From Nitrosomonas europaea (lineage in GTDB: Bacteria > Pseudomonadota > Gammaproteobacteria > Burkholderiales > Nitrosomonadaceae), in the NCBI RefSeq assembly GCF_900167395.1, contig NZ_FUWK01000030.1, forward strand, positions 1 through 32,000: a stretch of 32,000 nt of DNA, read 5' to 3'. The notes under the pieces were generated by a model. It did not search any database and had not been told where the DNA came from. It saw only the letters and a list, made by a program, of their open reading frames with translations. Positions 25,653 through 32,000 of this stretch are shown in pieces. How positions within the stretch are numbered: the first letter of the stretch is position 1; the number at the start of each line of letters is the position of its first letter. The position numbers and the translations under genes were made by a program.

Positions 25653-27128
25653 TCAGGCTTGTTCGGTGGCAGGTTGGTTCTGTTCCTGCTCCAGATGACC
25701 GGACGGATCGGTGAACTGGTCGTTCAGCATCTGGATGTAATCGTTGGCATCTTCCTTGACTTCAGCCAGGATGCGACGATTTGTACCATTCCAGCCAGCC
25801 GGTTTCTTCAGGAACATGGGGCGGTAACCGGCCGTGCTTTTACTGAAGGCGCGGCTGAATTGCTTGGCTGCATTGTGATCGTGTCCGAATTCCTGCGGGA
25901 GTTGTTTCAGGATGCTGCGGGCGACACTTTTACGCACGGCAAAGTGAATATAGCCGATGACTCCCAGCAGAAGCATGATGGTGATGATCGGCAATATGCC
26001 ACCGGCAGAAATCCCGTCGATGCATTCCTTGAGCAGATGCCAGCTGTCCGTAACGGTCAGTGCTATTCCTGTCAATGCTGCCAGCAGGCCGACCAGTATG
26101 CCGTCGAGTGTGAGTACCTGGCTTCTCCACTGATCGAGTGCAGTTTCCAGTTTACCGATGACCTGGTTTTCGATGGTGTTGGCTGTTTGTTCGAGCATGG
26201 CAGCAATGCGGTACGAGCGTTCGATTTCGATTTGTTGCATGCGTGTGCTGATATCTGCCAGATCTTCCTCGCGTTTTTGTTCGAAACGTTCCCGGATTTG
26301 CGGATTTTCGATGGGGGTGGCTGCATCCTTGTCATAAATCCGGTAGAAACGCCCGGCCAGCAAGCCGGCCTGAGCCAGTGAACGTTGCCAGGCGGAGATG
26401 ACTTCCTCGGGATTGTCTTCTTTTGCCGTCACATCGATCTGGTTGAGTATGTACAGAAACTTGTTGGCATCCGGGCGATTGATGGTGGCGGCGACCAGAT
26501 ATTCGAGCGTGTCTTTCATGGCACCGGGTTCCGGGTGGCGCGCATCGAAGAAGACGAGCACCAGGTCGGACAGATCGATGATGTGCTGAGTGAGGCGCAG
26601 GGTGGAAGTACGCTGGCTGTCTGCATCGAATCCCGGGGAATCGATCAGGATTTTGCCGCGAATCTGTTCCGACGGGCAGGTTTTGAGCTGAATGTAGGCA
26701 TCGATGCGCTGTGGTCCGGCTTCTGCAATTTCGTCGATGCTATGGCTGATCTGATAGAACGGGAAGCGCGGATCGGCATCGAGTGCCACACCGGGGAGTG
26801 TTTTGATTTCATCGTGGCGGCTGTAACAGATCACGGTGAATTTATCGTCGACCGCCTGATTGCCGGTGCGCTGCAGCGTCATATTCAGATAGGAATTGAT
26901 GAAAGTCGATTTGCCCGACGAGAAAGTGCCCAGCACTGCAATCATCGGCCACCAGGTGACATAGGTGGCGTATGACTCGTTCAACTCCAGTAATCCGAGC
27001 GCCTGGGCGACACCATCCAGTTTTCTGAAGCTGTGGACGGCTTTGGTCAGGACCGGATTATCCGGATGTTCCTCTGCGAGATGTTTTTCCAGATTGGCAA
27101 GGTGCTTGAGGATATTGGTCGTGCTCAT
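25653..27128 (-). CDS. Dynamin-family large GTPase with a C-proximal transmembrane hairpin
   Basis: G1 is GTFSSGKST, G3 is DSPGF, and G4-like is LNQID. A helical middle region follows, then two hydrophobic helices (ILVGLLAALTGIALTV, GILPIITIMLLLGVIGYIHFAV) and a ~100-aa tail. I prefer the ATG 27128 start (MSTTNILK), which has AAGGA 10 nt upstream. Confidence 0.75.
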   Translation of the reverse strand: MSTTNILKHLANLEKHLAEEHPDNPVLTKAVHSFRKLDGVAQALGLLELNESYATYVTWWPMIAVLGTFSSGKSTFINSYLNMTLQRTGNQAVDDKFTVICYSRHDEIKTLPGVALDADPRFPFYQISHSIDEIAEAGPQRIDAYIQLKTCPSEQIRGKILIDSPGFDADSQRTSTLRLTQHIIDLSDLVLVFFDARHPEPGAMKDTLEYLVAATINRPDANKFLYILNQIDVTAKEDNPEEVISAWQRSLAQAGLLAGRFYRIYDKDAATPIENPQIRERFEQKREEDLADISTRMQQIEIERSYRIAAMLEQTANTIENQVIGKLETALDQWRSQVLTLDGILVGLLAALTGIALTVTDSWHLLKECIDGISAGGILPIITIMLLLGVIGYIHFAVRKSVARSILKQLPQEFGHDHNAAKQFSRAFSKSTAGYRPMFLKKPAGWNGTNRRILAEVKEDANDYIQMLNDQFTDPSGHLEQEQNQPATEQA

Positions 27129-27174
27129 AGTTGATGATCCTTGTTTGGTTGATGAATATCTGCCGCAACCCGGG

Positions 27175-27202
27175 TATTGCAGCATGGTCCACCGTTTGTA
27201 AA
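27175..27202 (-). promoter_or_regulatory. Candidate sigma-70 promoter for the dynamin-like gene
   Basis: The minus strand reads TTTACA (27202-27197), a 16-nt spacer, then GCAATA (27180-27175). This would place the transcription start downstream of the alternative 27185 start codon. Confidence 0.3.
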
Positions 27203-27413
27203 TGGGGGTTGCCCGTCATTTGCGCTATGTTTTCTGGCTGTGCCTGAGGTTGCACATGGCTGGTGCAGTCCGGTGATGACGGGTTACTGGTGCTGAAAAG
27301 CGCTGGTAAAAGCGTTGGTTTGTGGCAAATATCTCCTTTCTCGTTACTTGGGTCATTTTATTGTGACTGTTGCTGCTTGACAATGAACGTGATTACACGG
27401 GTAGGTCTGCTCA

Positions 27414-28319
27414 TCAATAAAGTTCGGCCAGTAATTTTTTCATGGTGATTTCCGCCTGGCTCAGATACTGCGGCCCGAACAGATTGAGATGATTGAGGAT
27501 GTGGTAAAGGTTATAGAGCTGCTTGCGGGTGGTATAGCCGGTTTCCACTGGCCAGGTATCGCGATAGGCAGCCTGGAAATCGGGCGGGAAGCCACCAAAC
27601 AGTTCCGTCATCGCCAGATCTGCTTCCCTGTCGCCGTAATAAACAGCCGGGTCGAAAATGACGGGCTGACCATCCTGATCGAAAGCGTAGTTGCCTCCCC
27701 ACAGATCGCCATGCAGTAGTGACGGGAGTGGCAGGGTATCGGTAAAGAAATGTTGAAATTCGGACAGAAGACGTTCCCCCAGTGATTGCAGTGAACCGGT
27801 GTGGCCATTTTTGCGAGCGAGATTCAACTGATAACCCAGCCGGTGTTGTCGCCAGAACGAAATCCAGTCGCTGGCGGTGGCGTTTCTCTGGGGGGTCGAG
27901 CCGATCGTGTTGTCGCGTATCCAGCCGAATGTTTCCGCGGTGTGCCGATGCATGTTTGCCAGCCCGATGCCTAGTGCAGCTGCATTTCCCCGGTTCTGAA
28001 GATCGATGAATTCCAGTACCAGCCAGGCATCATCGTGATGACTTCCGCAGCAAAGTGGTTGAGGGACACGCAGGCTGGCAGAATCGAGTATTTCTCCCAG
28101 TCCCGCTGCTTCGGATTCGAACATGGCCAAATTCCCGGCTTTGTTCAATTTGACGAAGTATTGCCGTTCGTGATCACGGATGCAGAAGGTCTGATTGATA
28201 CACCCTCCACCGATCGGGGTGAGGCTTTCCGGGGCGAATGTCTGTCCGGTGTGTCGTGAAATCTGTGCAGCCACGGTTGCCCACAAAGAGGAGGCGATGT
28301 GCAGAAATTCCTGTTTCAT
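27414..28319 (-). CDS. Fructosamine/ketosamine-3-kinase family protein
   Basis: Contains the family motifs LLHGDLWGGN, VIFDPAVYYGDREADLAM and LYNLYHILNH. ATG 28319 (MKQEFL) lies 19 nt after the argH stop, so I prefer it to 28379. Confidence 0.85.
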   Translation of the reverse strand: MKQEFLHIASSLWATVAAQISRHTGQTFAPESLTPIGGGCINQTFCIRDHERQYFVKLNKAGNLAMFESEAAGLGEILDSASLRVPQPLCCGSHHDDAWLVLEFIDLQNRGNAAALGIGLANMHRHTAETFGWIRDNTIGSTPQRNATASDWISFWRQHRLGYQLNLARKNGHTGSLQSLGERLLSEFQHFFTDTLPLPSLLHGDLWGGNYAFDQDGQPVIFDPAVYYGDREADLAMTELFGGFPPDFQAAYRDTWPVETGYTTRKQLYNLYHILNHLNLFGPQYLSQAEITMKKLLAELY

Positions 28320-28338
28320 CCCGCGTTCTGTCTCCAGC

Positions 28339-29724
28339 TTAGCCGGGTAACTGTGACCGGGCACGACAGATGGCTTCACGCACTTGTTCCGGGGCAGTGC
28401 CGCCAGGATGATTGCGACTTTGCAGGGAGCCTTCCAGCGTCAATACCTCGAAGACATCTTGTTCGATGACTTCGGAAAATTGTCGCAAATCTGCAAGCGA
28501 GAGTTCACTCAGATCACATGCCTTGCTTTCCGCGAAACGGACCGCCTGGGCGACTGCTTCGTGCGCATCGCGAAACGGTATCCCTTTTTTGACCAGATAA
28601 TCGGCCAGATCGGTGGCCGTTGCGTAACCGCGCAGTGCAGCCTGGCGCATGGCTTCCGGGTTGACGTGCAGCCCGGCCAGCATGTCGGCGTAAATGGTCA
28701 GGGTATCCTTCAGGGTATCGACCGTATCGAACAGAGGCTCCTTGTCCTCCTGATTATCTTTGTTATAGGCCAGCGGCTGGGATTTCATCAAGGTCAGCAG
28801 CGCGACCAGATGGCCGTTGATGCGACCGGTTTTTCCGCGTACCAGTTCAGGCACATCAGGATTTTTCTTTTGTGGCATGATCGACGAGCCGGTGCAGAAC
28901 CGATCTGCCAGCCGGATGAAACCGAAGGCCGGATTCATCCAGAGTATCAGCTCCTCTGACAGGCGGGAGAGGTGCATCATGATGAGTGCAGCGCAGGCAC
29001 AGAACTCGATCGCGAAGTCACGGTCGGAAACGGCGTCCAGCGAGTTGTGGCAGATATCATCAAATCCCAGTTCATACGCAACCATTGCCCGGTCGACGGG
29101 ATAGCTGGTGCCGGCCAGAGCGGCAGCGCCCAGCGGCAGTTGATTGACGCGCTTTCGGCAATCCTGCAGGCGCTGCCCGTCACGCTGCAGCATTTCATGG
29201 TAGGCAAGCAGATGATGTCCGAACGAAACAGGCTGAGCCACCTGTAAATGAGTGAATCCGGGCATGATCGTGGCAGCTTGCTGCTCTGCCAGATCCAGCA
29301 GTACATATTGCAGCGTGTGGATGAGGTCGATAATTTCGTCGATCGCGGTGCGCAGGTAGAGTCGGATGTCGGTGGCCACCTGATCGTTGCGTGAGCGGGC
29401 GGTATGTAATTTCTTTCCAGCATCTCCGGTCAGCGCAGTCAAACGCCGTTCGATGTTCAGATGGACGTCTTCCTGTTCGAGTTGCCATTCGAACTCACCC
29501 TTACTGATTTCTTCACGGATTTGTGCCAGCCCCTGTTCAATGGCGGCCAGATCAGCGGGCTGGATGATACCAGTGGCAGCCAGCATACGGGCGTGTGCGA
29601 GCGAACCCTGGATGTCATATTCGGCCAGTCGGTAGTCGAATCCGATCGATGCGGTATAGCGTTGTACGAGTTGCGCAACCGGTTCACTGAAACGTCCCGA
29701 CCAGGTTTTTTTATCTTTTTCCAC
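28339..29724 (-). CDS. argH: Argininosuccinate lyase
   Basis: Full-length ArgH pattern: [21 protein letters not shown], and the signature [12 protein letters not shown]. Confidence 0.97.
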   Translation of the reverse strand: MEKDKKTWSGRFSEPVAQLVQRYTASIGFDYRLAEYDIQGSLAHARMLAATGIIQPADLAAIEQGLAQIREEISKGEFEWQLEQEDVHLNIERRLTALTGDAGKKLHTARSRNDQVATDIRLYLRTAIDEIIDLIHTLQYVLLDLAEQQAATIMPGFTHLQVAQPVSFGHHLLAYHEMLQRDGQRLQDCRKRVNQLPLGAAALAGTSYPVDRAMVAYELGFDDICHNSLDAVSDRDFAIEFCACAALIMMHLSRLSEELILWMNPAFGFIRLADRFCTGSSIMPQKKNPDVPELVRGKTGRINGHLVALLTLMKSQPLAYNKDNQEDKEPLFDTVDTLKDTLTIYADMLAGLHVNPEAMRQAALRGYATATDLADYLVKKGIPFRDAHEAVAQAVRFAESKACDLSELSLADLRQFSEVIEQDVFEVLTLEGSLQSRNHPGGTAPEQVREAICRARSQLPG

Positions 29725-29908
29725 GGAAATGTCTGTCGTTTGTTGAAACCCTGTATTTTACCCGCAACCCGGAAAGAATCGACTGGCAGATTTTGCAACA
29801 CGTATGCATAATAGGGGCTGGTTATTGGCAGCACTGCTTTCCCTGGAAAAGGGAATGGTGGATAATTAGCGCCTTTCATCGAGTCACTCATTAACGAAGG
29901 AGCAATTC

Positions 29909-30571
29909 ATGTCGGATCAATACACGCAGAACGAGAGCGACCAGTCCAAAGACAAGGTCGAATGGACCAAGCCCGCTTCATTACTCAATATTCTGGGCAA
30001 GAAGTTTGCGCCAATTGCCGACCTGCAGCACAAACAGTTGCCTTCATGGTCATTACTGGTTTTTCTGGGCATATTGCTGCTGGTGTTCATCTGGAAGCAG
30101 ATTGCTGTAAACCAGGCTGAGTCACGGCTGGAAAAAGGGCAGGCTCAGATCGCGCAGCAGCTTGAGGAAAAGAGTAAGGAGTTGGTCAAAAAAGCGCGTG
30201 AATATGCCGACAGCCAGTACAAAAAGGAAGAGGAACGCTTTGGTCAGGTGCTGGCTTGGGCAGTGCGTGGCGAGCTGATCCGTAACAATCTGGACCAGAT
30301 CGACCAGTATCTGACCGAACTCGTCAAGACGAAAGATACCGAGCGCGTCGTATTGATCAGTGATGAAGGCAAGTTGCTGGTATCCACCGATAAAAGACTG
30401 GAGAGTGAAGAGGCTTCGAGTCTTTATCCTAAAGATGTTCTTGGTCTGCAGACCATCACTATCAAATCCGACGTGGATAACAGGAAATTGCTGGTTGTGC
30501 CGGTCATGGGCCTGAACAAACGTCTGGCTACCATCGTGATCAGCTACAACCCGCCATCACTGCTGAACTGA
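29909..30571 (+). CDS. Hypothetical membrane-anchored protein (one TM, coiled-coil, C-terminal alpha/beta domain)
   Basis: AAGGAG precedes the ATG. The TM segment is WSLLVFLGILLLVFIW. A charged coiled-coil segment follows (AQIAQQLEEKSKELVKKAREYADSQYKKEEE). The gene ends at a strong terminator. I recognise no family. Confidence 0.6.
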   Translation: MSDQYTQNESDQSKDKVEWTKPASLLNILGKKFAPIADLQHKQLPSWSLLVFLGILLLVFIWKQIAVNQAESRLEKGQAQIAQQLEEKSKELVKKAREYADSQYKKEEERFGQVLAWAVRGELIRNNLDQIDQYLTELVKTKDTERVVLISDEGKLLVSTDKRLESEEASSLYPKDVLGLQTITIKSDVDNRKLLVVPVMGLNKRLATIVISYNPPSLLN

Positions 30572-30597
30572 TTCGACGACGAACTGCCAGTTTCAGA

Positions 30598-30620
30598 CCC
30601 CCGTAATACGGGGGTTTTTT
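30598..30620 (+). terminator. Rho-independent terminator (its T-tract overlaps the murA stop on the other strand)
   Basis: CCCCCG taata CGGGGG TTTTTT. Confidence 0.85.
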
Positions 30621-31872
30621 AATTTATGCGTTTGATTTGTGCACCTGCCTGTGCCAGTTTTCGTTCGATTCGTTCGTAACCCCGATCCAGGTGATAGATC
30701 CGGTCGACGATGGTTTCTCCCTGCGCAACCAGCCCGGCGATGATCAGGCAGGCGGAGGCACGCAAATCAGTTGCCATCACACTGGCGCCATCGAGTTGGG
30801 GAATGCCATGCACGATCGCGGTATTGCCTTCGACCTGAATATCCGCATTCAGACGTTTGAGCTCCTGTACATGCATGAAGCGGTTTTCGAAAATCGTTTC
30901 CGTCATGACAGAGGTCCCGTCAGCAATACTGTTCAGCGCCATGAACTGCGCCTGCATATCGGTGGGAAAGGCCGGATAGGGTGCGGTACGCAGACTGACT
31001 GGCTGTGGCCGGTGCTGCATGCGCAGGCGGATCCAGTCTTCACCCGTATCGATGGCCGCACCAGTCTCGATCAGTTTACCGAGTACGACATCGAGTGTAT
31101 CTGCGCGTGTCCGGGTCAGGGTGATGTCACCCCCGCAGGCAGCGACAGCAGTCAGGAATGTGCCGGTCTCGATGCGATCAGGCATGACAGTATGTGAACT
31201 GCCATGCAGGTGATCCACTCCTTCGATGACGATGATGTCACTGCCTGCCCCTTCGATTTTCGCTCCCATGCCAATGAGGCAATCCGCCAGATCGACTACT
31301 TCAGGTTCACGCGCGGCATTTTCCAGGATGGTGGTACCGGAGGCGAGTGTGGCGGCCATCATCAGATTCTCGGTGCCGGTGACGGTAACGAGATCCATGA
31401 CGATACGCGTACCCGAAAGGCGTCCGGCCTGGGCACGGATGTAGCCTTGTTCGATACTGATGTCCGCTCCCATGGCCTGCAGTCCTTTGATATGCTGATC
31501 TACCGGACGCATGCCGATTGCGCAGCCGCCCGGCAGTGAAATATATGCCTGCCCGGTTCGTGCCAGCAGTGGACCCAGTACGAGGATGGCGGCACGCATG
31601 GTTTTGACCATGTCGTAAGAAGCGGTCGGATTGGTAATGCTGGCAGCAGACAGTTCTGCTGTACCCGGGTCATTTGTTAAAATGCGCACACCGATCTGTT
31701 CGAGCAGTGCCAGCATGGTGGTGATATCCCGCAGATGCGGGAGGTTCTGGATGGTAAATGTATCGGCAGTCAGCAGCGATGCGCATAGTACCGGCAGGGC
31801 TGCGTTTTTGGCACCGGAAATACTGATTTCACCCTGGAGCTTAGCTCCTCCGTGAATGACGAGTTTCTGCAT
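30619..31872 (-). CDS. murA: UDP-N-acetylglucosamine 1-carboxyvinyltransferase
   Basis: Full-length MurA pattern: [27 protein letters not shown], the active-site loop [13 protein letters not shown], and the C-terminal [10 protein letters not shown]. Confidence 0.97.
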   Translation of the reverse strand: MQKLVIHGGAKLQGEISISGAKNAALPVLCASLLTADTFTIQNLPHLRDITTMLALLEQIGVRILTNDPGTAELSAASITNPTASYDMVKTMRAAILVLGPLLARTGQAYISLPGGCAIGMRPVDQHIKGLQAMGADISIEQGYIRAQAGRLSGTRIVMDLVTVTGTENLMMAATLASGTTILENAAREPEVVDLADCLIGMGAKIEGAGSDIIVIEGVDHLHGSSHTVMPDRIETGTFLTAVAACGGDITLTRTRADTLDVVLGKLIETGAAIDTGEDWIRLRMQHRPQPVSLRTAPYPAFPTDMQAQFMALNSIADGTSVMTETIFENRFMHVQELKRLNADIQVEGNTAIVHGIPQLDGASVMATDLRASACLIIAGLVAQGETIVDRIYHLDRGYERIERKLAQAGAQIKRIN

Positions 31873-31959
31873 GAATTTATACTTTATCGAGAATTGAGAC
31901 GCTGCCTGCCTGTGCGGGCGCCAGACATTTTATTCTATCGTACTATCCAGGGAGTCAGA

Positions 31960-32000
31960 ATGAGCAAATTTATTATCCAGACCAATGATGCCCCGCAGGC
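31960..32000 (+). CDS. First 13 codons of a RidA/YjgF-family (reactive intermediate deaminase-like) gene, truncated by the window
   Basis: GGAG lies 5 nt before ATG 31960. MSKFIIQTNDAPQA resembles the RidA N-terminus (MSK.I.T..AP.AIGPY). The fragment is too short to be sure. Confidence 0.45.
   Translation, partial: MSKFIIQTNDAPQ

Overview
This 32-kb window looks like a chromosomal segment of a Gram-negative proteobacterium. Gene content and order look beta-proteobacterial, possibly Nitrosomonas-like, but I cannot verify that without a database search.

Layout, left to right:
- 1-295: the 3' end of an IS transposase, cut by the window edge.
- 350-1872: a divergent pair of lipoprotein genes, one CsgG-like and one Sel1-repeat.
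- 1932-4801: aroC, hemF and an alpha/beta hydrolase.
- 5114-9322: a minus-strand potABCD-type polyamine ABC operon that ends with a thioredoxin-like [2Fe-2S] ferredoxin.
- 9438-12197: ubiJ-ubiB, preceded by a small MatP-like/RHH gene.
- 12510-23158: a 10.7-kb chemotaxis cluster, cheA-cheW-mcp-(Aer-like mcp)-cheR-cheD-cheB. No cheY or cheZ is present anywhere in the window.
- 23454-27128: a stand-alone HDOD protein, a TRAM/RumA-type RNA methyltransferase and a monocistronic membrane-anchored dynamin-like GTPase.
- 27414-32000: a fructosamine-kinase-family gene with argH, a membrane-anchored hypothetical, murA, and the first codons of a RidA-like gene.

I found no rRNA, tRNA, CRISPR array, prophage or recognisable defence island. 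I do not see a clear new multi-gene system.

The observations I rate highest:
1. An SD-led 48-codon uORF in the mcp-cheR spacer. It carries a G9 tract and a strong hairpin, and its stop overlaps the cheR ATG. This may be translational-coupling or slipped-strand control of the adaptation module.
2. The two tandem receptors share an almost identical signalling module. Their few differences include canonical methylation positions (E/E versus Q/K), and both end in xWEEF tether peptides.
3. A MatP-like protein that lacks the coiled-coil.
4. A dynamin-family GTPase with an atlastin-like layout.
5. An orphan CsgG-like pore lipoprotein paired with a Sel1 lipoprotein that has a W/Y-rich tail, next to the IS end.

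All product calls come from motif recognition by eye. None has been checked by search.
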